Assembly (NCBI GenBank): GCA_000165345.1
Contig: CM000433.1
Coordinates: forward strand, 1-64,000
Reading direction: 5' to 3'
Length of the DNA: 64,000 nucleotides
The notes below the pieces were generated by a model. That model was not told the origin of the DNA. It did no database searches and saw nothing but the letters and a program-made list of their open reading frames with translations. A program made the position numbers and the translations under genes. How positions within the stretch are numbered: the stretch's first letter is position 1; each line of letters starts with the position of its first letter. This document shows, one piece after another, positions 45,034 through 56,928 of this stretch.

Positions 45034-46454
45034 TAGCATTTGATTAGAGATTAAATAAATTATTTATACACTAGTTAATGAATGAAAAAGGGTTTCTATC
45101 AATGAAGTTTTTTTTAGCATTTAAATTAGAATTGTCGTAATTTTTATGTTCATATTCGGTAATATTATTTGGTTGAAATGTTTTGTATGGATTTTTAGAG
45201 TTATTGGTTTGGGATTTAGGAAGTGAGTCTTGGATTGATGATAAATTTAAATAGTAAAGATTATATAGAGATTGATTAATCCAAATACGATTAATGTATT
45301 TGTTTCTAATAAATTCTTTGAGGATTAAATGATTATTAGAATTTGGTGGAGGTCCTAGAGAATTAAAATCTCTATTTCCAAGAAATGTTAAGAAATCTTT
45401 CTATATAAGTTGAAGTTTAGTGAGTTAATAATTAATAGTTAATTTAAGAAGTACGTAAGCTTACTTTGTTTCCAAGACTACATATAAGTCTTATTTCATC
45501 AAATTTCCATTTAGATAGGGATATTCCTTTAACTTTATGATTAAACTCCCGGCTAAATAAGAAGTTAGTAGCAATTAAGAGCAAAATTTAAAGAATATAG
45601 AAAAAAATGACTTACTGAATACCAGAGCATACTGAGCATACAAATGTTCCAAAATTAATACATACATAATTGGGTCCAATTTCATTACAATTAGCACATT
45701 TTCTATTTTCTATACAACTTTTCTGAAAAGATCTCAATCTTTCAATTAATTCAGTTTCATCAAAGATAAGACTCATAGAAAGAGTGACATTGAATTATTG
45801 GGTATTATTTGTGAAATGGATGATTCTTTAGTAAATAATATTCTAATTTGAGTTATAATTTTAAAAAAATCAAAAATTCTTAGGATGTAGAGTTTATTTC
45901 ATGTATAGGTTGAAGAGATAGATCATAGATTTCCATGAAATTCGACAATTTATATAATAATTTGTAGTCTTAATTTTTTTTTAACTTTTTTTTAAAATTC
46001 CCTTTTATTTTTAAATGAATTATATTTAACTTACATGCGATCAATATAAATAATTACATGCTTAATGGCAAGCGGCAAAGTTTACCGCCAGAACATGAAG
46101 AAGTTAGTGAATTGAATAAAGTAAGGTTAAAGAATAAACAAGAGAAATTGAGGAAGAAAAAAAGAAAATTATTGGTAGCAAATATATTAAATAAGGCAAT
46201 TGTTATTTCAGCAGGATTGATGTATTGTAAGGAGTTGATTGTGATATTATTATAACTATTTACTCAAGTTGATTAAATTTAAAAGTACAAGAAAAAAAAT
46301 TAATTAAATTTAAAAAGTGCAGAATTGGAGGTGTTACTTAAAGTGAGTATAGTAGATTAGATTAATTGAGTTGAGTTTTAAACCGAAGAAATTCTTTAAT
46401 TTTTGGATGTTTTACTATTAATATAGTTTCTGGTATATTATAGGTGGACGTAAT

Positions 46455-49181
46455 ATGAATGTATTAGATGTGGGAAAATATAAAGGTAGGACATTTGAAT
46501 ATATAGAAAAGAATGACCCTGGATATTCAAACTGGGTTCTTAGTTTAGAGTCTCCAACAAATAGAACTTTGGAAGCATTTTCAAAATATTTAAGAAATAA
46601 GATATCAAATGGAAATACAAAGAATGAGTATGGATTTTTAGATAAGGATAATTCTGGTGAGTGTACTATTATTAATAAATCAAAAATAGGGAATAGTTGT
46701 TCGTATTTGGAGTTAAGTAAAGAGGGAGTACCAAACTTAGTAATTGACTGTAAGAGTGAAAATGGTAATTTTAAGAACCAAAGTTTATCTGGAGAATGTG
46801 TGGCAGTTGTAAAGAATTTGAAAATGGATATTATGAAAAGGGATGAGCGGAAATTTGGGCATATTGGGAATGGCTTAGGGACAATTCAATCAAAATCTGA
46901 AGTAATTCAAAAAAAAGATAGTGGATTAGATAGTGCAATATTAGAGAACCATGATGAATTAGAGGATATTTTACAAAAATGTGAAAAAGAGCTTGAATTT
47001 CTGGTTAAAAATACTACAGTTATAGCAAATGGTTTGAATACTATATTATCTTGTAAAATGAAATTAGATTGTGGTATTGTATTTTCATTAGTAAGTCCTA
47101 CTATGTTTAGAATATCATCTGAAAAGAATAATAAATCTCAATTGTCTCTTCCAAAAATACTTGGGGATTATTTAAAAGAGTATAAGTCAAAAGAGAATAT
47201 TACATCAAAGAAGATGAGAACTTTGCATACAGGATTGCAAGGAATAGATTTAAAGCCTTATTCTAGTACATTTACATTTCCAGGTATATATTATGAAAAG
47301 CTAATTAAGAATATTTCAGATAGATTTGAATGTCCAATAATTCCAATACCTGATTTTATATTGGATAGATTTCCAGATTTTAAAAAATATGAGATTGAAG
47401 ATTTTGATGGAGATTTTGAAAGAATATCAAATTTAACTCCTAAATACAATCCAGATACAGTAGATTTACCAGACTGTAATTTATGTAAAGGCTGCATTTA
47501 TGATAGTATTTGTTATAATTCATTAAATCATTTAAAATGTAATTATCCAGGATTATATAGTTCATTAAGACCATTTCAAAAGGTTGGAATTCTTGTGGGT
47601 TTAAAAAAGCATGGAAGAGTATTAATAGGAGATGAAATGGGTTTGGGAAAAACTTTACAAGCTTTGTCAATAATAACATATTTTAGACAAGAGTGGCCAG
47701 TATTAGTAATATGCCCATCTTCAATTAGGTTTCAATGGTATCAACAAGCATTAGATTGGTTATCACCAGAAATTAATAAATCAAATATAACATTAATTCG
47801 TACAAGTAATGATACGTACAGTAGGAAATCAAATATAATAATAATTTCTTATGATTTAATAACTCGAAATGAACACTTTAGATCTTTTTTTGGTAGTGAT
47901 TTCCAGGTAGTAATAGCAGATGAATCTCATTTTCTCAAGAATTCAACAGCAAAAAGAACACAAATGATTGTTCCTTTACTTCATAAAGCAAGAAGAGCAA
48001 TTCTACTGAGCGGAACTCCAGCTTTAAATAATCCAACAGAGTTATATGAACAAATAAATGCAATAGTAAAACCAAATCCTCAATTTTACTCGGAAAAGAA
48101 GAATAAAGCAAAAAGTAATAAGGAAGAATTAGGTACAAGAAAGAAAAGAAAATCAAGAATAAAAAAATTAGCTTCAGATAATGATTTGGATTCAAATTCA
48201 GATATAGATTCAGAAAATTCGGATAATATAAGTTTACTTAAAGCTTTTAATGGAAAAAGATTGATTAAAAATAATCAAGAAATTCAAAAACAGCCACATG
48301 TGGTTTCTCCAAAATTTCCAAGTTATTTAGATTTTGCTCAAAGGTATAGCGATACTAGAATAAATAAATTTAGCCATAGGAAAGAATTCTATGGTAGCAG
48401 AAATACGGAGGAGTTACATTTGTTCATAAGAGAATCAGTAATGATAAGACGTTTAAAAAAACAGGTTTTACATGAACTTCCTCCGAAACAAAGAAGCAAA
48501 ATTCCATTAGAAATTAAAGATAAAGTTGGAATTAAAATGATTAAGGAGCTTCTTGCAGATCCTAATTGTCAAGTAGAGCTGTCAAATTTTGATGAAGATG
48601 ATTCATCTTCATCAATGTGCAATCTTCACAAACTTACTTGTGAAATTAAGATTAACCCTGTGCAAGAATATATTGAATATTTATTAGAATATAACGATGA
48701 AAAATACGTAATATTTGGCCATCACCACGTAATGCTTGATGCTATTGAATCAGTATTATTAAAAAAAAGAAAAACAGCATGCAATTCAGGCGGGCCATTT
48801 TTATTTATTAGAATAGATGGTAAAACTCCAGGAAATAAGAGGGAAGAGTATGTGAAGGAATTTCAAAATAATGAAAATTGTAAAGTTGCTTTGCTTTCAA
48901 TTACAGCTTGTGGCCAAGGTTTGAATTTGACAAGTGCCGGTACTGTAATATTTGCTGAATTATATTGGGTACCAGGTACAATGTTACAGGCTGAAGATAG
49001 ATGTCATAGAATAGGTACTCAATATTCATGCATTAATATACATTATCTTATTGCTGAGGAAACTTTGGATGATAAGATGTGGGGAACTTTATGTAGAAAG
49101 CAGAAGATTATGGCATCAACATTAGATGGAATAGATCAAAGAAAGAATGATATTCAACATTTTCATTTTAAACAGGGTTAA
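46455..49181 (+). CDS. SNF2-family ATPase, SMARCAL1/HARP-like annealing-helicase subfamily (908 aa).
   Basis: Helicase motif I is [15 protein letters not shown], motif II is DESHFLKN, and [15 protein letters not shown] is present. The helicase-C region reads [13 protein letters not shown] ... [43 protein letters not shown]. The ~360-aa N-terminal extension has no recognisable motif. Confidence 0.75.
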   Translation: [908 protein letters not shown]

Positions 49182-49651
49182 AAATGAATTTTATATAGTA
49201 TATATATTGAAAATTTTTATTTAAAAAAAAAAAAAGAAAACATACATTAAATTTCTTTTATTTTGTAGATTTCTCTCCAACTCTGTCAATTATAATGATA
49301 AAACCTATTAAAAAGAATGATTATAATGTATTTACAATTCTTTTTTTCAACAAATGGTCGAATTATAACTCGATTTTGTGACTGTTTCATTATATTCAAA
49401 TTTGTATTTATAAAGGAATAATTTTCTAACGTCATATTTGAGAAGGTATTTGCACTAAAGTTGGGCGGGAAATTAGTGTGAAAAATTATGTTTGTCCACT
49501 TAAAATAAATATAAATGAACGAGAGAGAATAGAAAAATAAATAATAAAGTTAAATTAGTAACTAGTTAATAAATAGATATTCAATTTAAAGTTTAAGTGA
49601 TAATTAATTTGTCATGAAGATATAAATGAATGAGGAAAAAAGAAATAATAG

Positions 49652-50137
49652 TTAATCGGCTCTGTTCTTTCTTCGTCTAATATTGTTTGAAGATATTTTA
49701 CTGTCTTCATTATTTACAGTTGTTTCCTTACTTTTCTCAGAATCACTAGAATTTTTATCAGAACTTGATGTTTGATTTGCTTCTGAAGATCTTAGCTGTT
49801 CCTCTTTTTCTCTTTTTCTTATTGATGAAATAACATAAAATGCACCAACAATAGTTAAAACAGTAACAATATACATTGAATAAGTAGTAAAGTCATCCAT
49901 TTCTTCTGGTCTATAGAAATAAGCTTTCCATAATGCAGCTGAAGTTGCTGCTCCAATTGCTACCATACTTACATAATTAATATCATCAGACTCTGTTGAG
50001 GAAAGAGGATCAGCATCAATCATACCGTACAAGTTCCATATATCAGCAGTTCTTGTGTTATTTGTTGTTTGAATTGTTTTTTCTTCAATTTCCTCTGTTT
50101 TACTTTTATTATTATTCTCGTTATTTGAATTTGTCAT
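49652..50137 (-). CDS. Small hypothetical membrane protein (161 aa) with two predicted TM helices and a charged Ser/Lys-rich tail.
   Basis: Hydrophobic segments are VSMVAIGAATSAALW and YIVTVLTIVGAFYVISSI. The ORF lies in a divergent intergenic space containing GGCGCC motifs. Confidence 0.35.
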   Translation of the reverse strand: MTNSNNENNNKSKTEEIEEKTIQTTNNTRTADIWNLYGMIDADPLSSTESDDINYVSMVAIGAATSAALWKAYFYRPEEMDDFTTYSMYIVTVLTIVGAFYVISSIRKREKEEQLRSSEANQTSSSDKNSSDSEKSKETTVNNEDSKISSNNIRRRKNRAD

Positions 50138-50456
50138 TTTTATTTGATTTAAAATTTAAAAAATTAATAAAAAATAATAAAAACGTATATCGACAACTTG
50201 AACAGAAATCGTATAAATTTGAATTAAATATTCTCTCAAATAAAATTTTTATTTTATATTTTTAAACAGTTAAATACAAAATAAATCTAGAAATAAACTT
50301 TAAACAAAAGAAATATTGATTTAACCGAAATTTAATTAATATATTTTCTCCTTTGTCTACTAATTTTATTCTTATCCAATTCAAAATTTGACATTTTACC
50401 GCTGAAACCTTCATTATTATCTCTCAAAATTTTCCAATTAGTATAAATTCAAAGAG

Positions 50457-50505
50457 TTGGCGCCGCAAAAATACATGCAATAATCAAAATATGTTGTTGG
50501 CGCTC
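50457..50505. promoter_or_regulatory. Pair of TTGGCGCCGC / TTGGCGCTC motifs in the divergent spacer between the 49652-50137 gene (-) and the 50997 gene (+).
   Basis: Two GGCGC(C) cores sit 40 bp apart in an otherwise about 80% AT spacer. Confidence 0.35.
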
Positions 50506-50996
50506 AAATTTACACAATATAATTCAGCGCTAATTCGTAATATAATTAATGAGGCTTTTAATTCGTACTAATTCGAAAAGAAAACAAGAAATCTTATTTT
50601 TTCAAACTTATTAAGTATTATTCATATGTTAAATTTGGTATAAACGAGTTTACAAGATTTTAAAAGCTTACCTTTAATCTAATGAATTCATTATTCATTG
50701 CCACAAAATTTATTGAATTCAATTATTGATGGTTTCCCTCATCAAACAACTTAAAAATTATTCAATAAATATATATTGAATAGATATACTTGAATTAAAA
50801 CAATAATTAAATATTTGTAAAAGTTATACATAATAAAATCTATTAATTGAATATTTCATATTGGTTTCAAACTTTAAGTTAAACTTGTGTAACATTAATG
50901 CTATATACATCTATATTTAAGATCTAAAAGTGAAGTATCAAGAGAAGAAGAATAGAGAAAACAGAATATAAAGGTCATAATAATAAAGATAAAAAC

Positions 50997-53900
50997 ATGA
51001 ATCTTTTGAATATTATTAAAGGTTACTTTATTATCTCATTCTTTTACATCTTAAAAAATACAAAATGCGAACCTATTCCATTAATGTATCAAGAATTAAC
51101 CTCGAGGTTTGGAGAACATTTAAAAACTAATACAAATAAAGAACCTCAAATTGATACTTATAAAATTAATAATGTTTGTGATGACCCAAACAATAAGTTA
51201 GAATTTCTTATTCAACATGTACCATTGGTTCATGAAGGTTATATTAACTTGCTATGTAAATGTATGATGATTGAAAGTGAAGGAGTACCAGATTTAAATG
51301 GTAGCCAATTAAGAGGACTCAATTGTACTTCAGAAAATAATCTTATTAATTCAAATTTTGATTTTGAATATGACGAAGACTTAAAAAAACTTAAGATTGA
51401 TCCTAAATTAATTCAGTCATTTAAAAAAGATTATATTGAGCAATCATTAAAATTACAAGTTATATCAAGTATTAATACAGATGATCAAGAAGAATTTTGT
51501 AAAGTGACTATGATCGGATTTAAGAATAACTTGGTATTTTTCCCAAAATTAGATACTGAACATTATTCTTTAATTGAACTTGGAACTTCATTCTGTCATT
51601 ATTTAGGAAAACGTAAAAATATATTCTTTCAACATCCTTCTCCAGTTACAGAAATTTTAGAAGGAGATATTTTTCAAGATGAGTTTTATTTTTATCCTGG
51701 TTACAATCAAATTGAAGAATTTGATAAAGCAAGTAAATACTTTAATGAGAAAGATCTTTTTGAATGGGAATCGTCAGAAGTTAATAATGATTTTGATAAT
51801 CAAGATGTTAAAAAACAAGATAAACTTTATGAAGATGATAATGATGATGAAGATGATTATTATGAAAATAAATATCATTTTATGTTTGAACCATTCTTAA
51901 GATTTTCTTATATAGCAAATAAACCTTATCCAAGAGTATTTATCAAATCAAATGTTCCCTATACAAAATCAATTACTGCATTGGATAGATCTATTAAAAA
52001 TAATTACTATTCAGTTGCTGGAAGATGGCAACTTTCTATTACACCTGGCTATTCTAGAATTAATCAAGAAAATAGTATTTTATCAATATTGGGATCTAAA
52101 TTTCATTCAATTAAAAGAGAAAAATATGTTTATGATAAACTCAAAGATATTGCATTTAGATGGAGAAAATTAACTTTTTCTGATTATCATAATGAATTTA
52201 GGGGTTGTTCAGTTGGAAGAAAGAATTCGATTCCAAGATTTAGAGATTCATTCAAAGTTTTTGATTCCACAAATATTTCTTTTAAAAGGTATCCATCTAA
52301 TTTACAATTTGAAACTGTTTTTGAAGTCATGAATTCATTTTCAATGTTATCTGATCAATTTAATAATGATAAAAATCATTGCTCATATTATGGAAATATA
52401 AGAGAATGTCTTAGATTAATCAGATCTAGAATTAGAGATAAATCAATTAATTTTGTTCTAGGTCATTTGTTAATTAATTTAATATATGAAACTTGGATTA
52501 CTTGGGGTAGTGAAATATGGCATATCTCTTCTCTATTTAATATTGAAAAGATATTTTTGAATTATTCAAATAATGATTATGATAAATATGATCCAATAAA
52601 TTCATTATTAACTCGATTATTTAATGTACAACCTTTAGTTGACGATAAGAATTTGGATATTATATCAGTATTAAAGAATAATCTTATTAATGATAATTTA
52701 GATACTTGTTCATTAGAAATGGATATATTTCAATTTGGTATTTTATCAATAAATCCAATATTAATTGATAAATTCTGGAATTTATTTTCTACAAGTTATT
52801 GTGCGATATCTTCAGATTCTGCTTTTATTACATGGATTGCAAATAAATACTCATTAAAATTATATAATAAAGAAATAAAAAATGATGATCAATTGAAGGA
52901 AAATCAACATCAACTTAAGAATGAAAATAGTAATAACAAAAAGTTAAAATCATGGTTAACAAATCCATTACCAACATATTTTGATGAAATAGATCCAGAA
53001 ATTGAAGTAGATATTGATAATGAAGTTAATGAAGAAATATCATTACCCGAAATTTTTGAATATAATGAATTGTTAGAAATATATACTAAGAATGATCCAG
53101 GAGATGAAAAAGAAAATTCTATTAATAGAAAAAAATTCTTTAATAGTAATTATTTTAGTAAAAAAAATCGATCAAAATGGATTTCGTTTATTGTAAGAAA
53201 TGTACCATTTAGAGACTCAACAAAGAAAAGCCTTGAATTTAAATGTGGTATTGGCTCTTGGCCATATAAAGGTGGAGAATATTCTTGGATGGGACAATAT
53301 TTATGTGAAGTAATATTTTTATCATCAAATTTTTATTATAAAGGATTTGATTTTTCAACTTATAATAATTACTATATTAAGGATAATAATAAAGAAATGA
53401 ACGTACATAGTAAATATGGAATAGCTAGCAAAGATGATATGAATGAACCATATTTAAAGAAGTTAAACAGAAATAGAATGATTGGTATAGAATTTGAAAC
53501 ATCATATCCACATAGATGTGGAATAGGTTATTTAGGGAATGAGTCAATGAAAACATTAACACCAGTGAAAGGAAATCATTTATTAAAGATATCATTAGGA
53601 TTTTGTATTTTGAATGGATTTAAATTACAATGGTTAAGTGATGATTCATTTAATATTTATACAGAGATGTTATATAAATATAGTCAAACATTAGAGAATG
53701 GATTAACATATTATGAAAGAAATGGATTTGAATTATCAGGTTCAGTTCAACAGAGAGTATTTTCAAATAGTACATGTTCTGGTATAATATTAAATGATAA
53801 AGCAATAATTGATGGAGAATTATCAAAATATAGTTTTAAAAGTCAAACAATGGAATGCCAGATATCTTTTGATCCAATAATAGTAACAGATGGAATAAAG

Positions 53901-54854
53901 AAGAATGAATTATTATATATGAGGGATAAATATTTTAATTTATTATATAATTTAAGATTTGGATGTGAACATATGGAATCAAAGAATAAAGGTAATATAG
54001 GAATAGATAATCATTGTTTGAATTTTTATCCATTATTGGAAAAGGTAAAATTAGATTCAAAAAATTATAAGTGTAAATTTGAATTAACAAAAGAATGGAA
54101 ATATTTGAATAGTAAATTTCCAAATGAATGTAAAATAGGATCAAGAATAGGTGATTGTCATAAAAAGTTAAGGAATGAAATAAAATGTAGTAGAAAGCAA
54201 AATATTGGATGTACGATTGATTTATTTTTAACAAATAACTTTATTAAACCAATAAATATAGAAAAGATATCAATACATTTTAATCAAATTTCTTTATTAT
54301 TAATGCATGGTATAAATAAATATACAAAAGATTGGAATAAAGAAAGTGTAGAATCAATACGTGATATAATATCAAATTTAGTTTCAAGTAAAGATTTGAA
54401 TTTTTACTTAGAAAATGGAGTGAATGGAATATTAAAGGATAGATTATCGTTATTTATGGATGAATATTTAAAATATAGTAATGATGATATATTGGAAGAA
54501 GCAAAAGAATTATTTTCATATTCAGGAATATGGTTAGATACGCATTCAATACCATTGTTATGGAGATTAGCAATGTTTAGAATTGAGGATATACCATTAT
54601 TTATAAGTAATTCAGATTTATTTAGTCGTATTTTTAAGAATAATATGTCATCATCAAATAAATCATTTAGAGTAAAATTGAATAACAATATTTCAACAGA
54701 AGATCACTCTTTGAGAGATAAGTATGAAATTTCAACAAGTATTCCACTATATTGTCCTTTAGCTATTGGATATTTTTGGATTGATAAATTTATGTGGCAA
54801 ATGTATAGATTTCCAGGATCTAATTTACAAACTATTTCACCTATTTCAGAATAG
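50997..54854 (+). CDS. Large hypothetical secreted/Cys-containing protein (1285 aa), lineage-specific, no recognisable domain.
   Basis: 3.9-kb uninterrupted ORF with a signal-like N-terminus, MNLLNIIKGYFIISFFYILKNTKCEP. Cysteines are scattered throughout, and composition is less biased than the neighbouring low-complexity ORFs. Confidence 0.5.
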   Translation: MNLLNIIKGYFIISFFYILKNTKCEPIPLMYQELTSRFGEHLKTNTNKEPQIDTYKINNVCDDPNNKLEFLIQHVPLVHEGYINLLCKCMMIESEGVPDLNGSQLRGLNCTSENNLINSNFDFEYDEDLKKLKIDPKLIQSFKKDYIEQSLKLQVISSINTDDQEEFCKVTMIGFKNNLVFFPKLDTEHYSLIELGTSFCHYLGKRKNIFFQHPSPVTEILEGDIFQDEFYFYPGYNQIEEFDKASKYFNEKDLFEWESSEVNNDFDNQDVKKQDKLYEDDNDDEDDYYENKYHFMFEPFLRFSYIANKPYPRVFIKSNVPYTKSITALDRSIKNNYYSVAGRWQLSITPGYSRINQENSILSILGSKFHSIKREKYVYDKLKDIAFRWRKLTFSDYHNEFRGCSVGRKNSIPRFRDSFKVFDSTNISFKRYPSNLQFETVFEVMNSFSMLSDQFNNDKNHCSYYGNIRECLRLIRSRIRDKSINFVLGHLLINLIYETWITWGSEIWHISSLFNIEKIFLNYSNNDYDKYDPINSLLTRLFNVQPLVDDKNLDIISVLKNNLINDNLDTCSLEMDIFQFGILSINPILIDKFWNLFSTSYCAISSDSAFITWIANKYSLKLYNKEIKNDDQLKENQHQLKNENSNNKKLKSWLTNPLPTYFDEIDPEIEVDIDNEVNEEISLPEIFEYNELLEIYTKNDPGDEKENSINRKKFFNSNYFSKKNRSKWISFIVRNVPFRDSTKKSLEFKCGIGSWPYKGGEYSWMGQYLCEVIFLSSNFYYKGFDFSTYNNYYIKDNNKEMNVHSKYGIASKDDMNEPYLKKLNRNRMIGIEFETSYPHRCGIGYLGNESMKTLTPVKGNHLLKISLGFCILNGFKLQWLSDDSFNIYTEMLYKYSQTLENGLTYYERNGFELSGSVQQRVFSNSTCSGIILNDKAIIDGELSKYSFKSQTMECQISFDPIIVTDGIKKNELLYMRDKYFNLLYNLRFGCEHMESKNKGNIGIDNHCLNFYPLLEKVKLDSKNYKCKFELTKEWKYLNSKFPNECKIGSRIGDCHKKLRNEIKCSRKQNIGCTIDLFLTNNFIKPINIEKISIHFNQISLLLMHGINKYTKDWNKESVESIRDIISNLVSSKDLNFYLENGVNGILKDRLSLFMDEYLKYSNDDILEEAKELFSYSGIWLDTHSIPLLWRLAMFRIEDIPLFISNSDLFSRIFKNNMSSSNKSFRVKLNNNISTEDHSLRDKYEISTSIPLYCPLAIGYFWIDKFMWQMYRFPGSNLQTISPISE

Positions 54855-55056
54855 AATAATTATATGATTAAAATTAATCGTAGAAAATAGTAATTTAGCG
54901 ATTTATTATGTGTTAAAAATAATATAAATATAAAGATCTAAATATTACTAAATTTTGAATTATTAATTTACTAGTTTTTCTTTTCATTAATTGCTAATTT
55001 AATTACAATTTTACTTATTTATTTTAACAAAAATTAATTAAATGAAGAATTCGAAT

Positions 55057-55068
55057 TTGCCGCCAAAC
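55057..55068. promoter_or_regulatory. TTTGCCGCCAAA motif, about 255 bp upstream of the SelT-like gene.
   Basis: E2F-like palindromic core in a 5' spacer. Confidence 0.3.
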
Positions 55069-55320
55069 GTGTTAAATAATTTTTAAGAGAAAATGTCATG
55101 CCAAAAAAGAGGCGGTAAAAAGAGAGGGAATATGAAATTAATATAGTGATATTAATAATTAGGTACTGTAATTGTAATTCGAGTATAAGCAAAAATATAA
55201 TTAAAATAAAAAAAAATTGTAAAATAACTGGTGATAAAATTAAAAGGGTTTATATATATATATTTTTTTTAATAAAGAAAAATAAAATTAACTAATTTTA
55301 GAAATATCAAAACGTGAACA

Positions 55321-55944
55321 ATGAAGAAGGTTTCTACAATATTTTCGGCAATTATTATATCGTTAATCGCAATAGGGGTTGGATTAGTTAAATTTAATTA
55401 CTTAAATATTAGTGAATATGGACTTTTAGAAAAATTAATAACCCCTCAGAATGAAATACCTGATGATGTAGGCCCAAAAACTATGACAATTCAATATTGT
55501 GACACATGTGGTACACGTAATTTATATCAACAAGTACAAAGTTATTTAAGTTCAAGAGTAACTGATCCAGATTTTCAATTAATAGCAGTTAAATATAAAC
55601 CATCACCATTATATCAAGGATTGAGTTATGCAATAACAGCAAGCCAAGTTGGTTTGGGATTAAGTGCATTTTTATTCCCATCATTATTTACTCCAACAGA
55701 TCAACAGGGTCAACCACAGGGTGGCCCAAGAACTCATTTAATGATGTTGATATTTTTTGGAGGAAATATTTTAAGAGGTTTATTTACTAATTCAAATGCA
55801 TTTGAAATTTATTTAGGTAAAGATTTAGTTTACTCAGCAATTCAGAATAATAGTTCTGGTTATGCCACACCACCAACATTAGAGCAAGTCGTTACAATAT
55901 TAAATGAACATGGAATCAGTGTATTAGAAACTTTGACTGAATAA
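55321..55944 (+). CDS. SelT-like (Rdx family) thioredoxin-fold protein, Cys-containing homologue (207 aa).
   Basis: It has an N-terminal hydrophobic segment. The CDTC (CxxC) redox motif is embedded in TIQYCDTCGTRNLYQQVQSYL. The C-terminal block NAFEIYLGKDLVYSAIQ ... PTLEQVVTIL resembles SelT GAFEITLNDVPVWSKLESG ... LVQIL. Confidence 0.5.
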   Translation: MKKVSTIFSAIIISLIAIGVGLVKFNYLNISEYGLLEKLITPQNEIPDDVGPKTMTIQYCDTCGTRNLYQQVQSYLSSRVTDPDFQLIAVKYKPSPLYQGLSYAITASQVGLGLSAFLFPSLFTPTDQQGQPQGGPRTHLMMLIFFGGNILRGLFTNSNAFEIYLGKDLVYSAIQNNSSGYATPPTLEQVVTILNEHGISVLETLTE

Positions 55945-56373
55945 GAAAGCCCATTAAAAATATATATATTTTTATTAGCATTAATTAATTGTTAATTCAA
56001 ATTATATTCATTGTTTGTCTGTATAATGCATTATCTTGAAGCTAAATAAGAGCAATTTACGGCTTTATTTATTTCTATATTAATCTATAATTTTAAAACA
56101 TCTATTTATACTACTTCTACTAAATAGCTTGTTATTTTTGTTCTTTTTTTTAAAAGAAGAGGTTCAAATTTACTTTCACAAATAAATCTAGTTTTCAAAA
56201 TTTATCTAAATTAATGTTAATTACTATCTTTCATTCTAATTTGTTTTCGTTTAGTATCTGAATTTTATAGAAATAATTTATTGTCCAGTTTTTTTTTTCT
56301 ATAAATAACAATTAAAAACAAATCATACTAATATGAATTACTTAAATACATTTATTATCATTTAAAAAAAAAT

Positions 56374-56382
56374 AGGCGCCAA
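56374..56382. promoter_or_regulatory. AGGCGCCAA motif in the spacer upstream of the RPA2-like gene.
   Basis: GGCGCC core, about 550 bp upstream of the 56929 ATG. Confidence 0.25.
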
Positions 56383-56928
56383 TTTTTGACACGTAATATA
56401 TTGATTCAATTAAAAAGAGTTAACAATAAAGTAATCGAATGAGGGGATGGAAAGAGAGGAGAAGAAGAAGGTAAATAAATAAGGTAGAAAGTAAGGAAAG
56501 GAAAAACGAGAAAAAAGGAAATAAAAAGAAAGAAATAGTACTTATGTATGTGTGTGTATGTATGTGTGCATGAAAGGGAATAATAAATAAAATAGGGTTT
56601 TTTTTTCAAAAAAATCAAATATATATAAATAAATTAGATAAGTATTTAGATTATTTTTTTTTAAATTTTGTTTATGGGTTTATTTTGCAGATCAAAAATA
56701 ATTAATTCAATAATTTATTATTTAAATAGATATTTTTCTCGATTTTTTTTTTTAATTTAAAATGAAAAAAATTGACAAATGTGGGGAATTTTAGGTACTG
56801 AAAATTTCAAGAGATTTAAAATTAAGAGAATAAAACAATAGAAAAAAAAACTTTTTTTTTTTTTTAAAAATAATATAACTGTTTTATTAAATATTATATA
56901 ATCTATTAGATAAAAAGTTAAAGTAACA

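Noticed and set aside
56406-56618. 70-aa minus-strand ORF rich in Tyr/His/Thr.
   Set aside because: It is encoded by a (TG/TA)n-like microsatellite (gtatgtgtgtgtatgtatgtgtg), so it is a repeat artefact.
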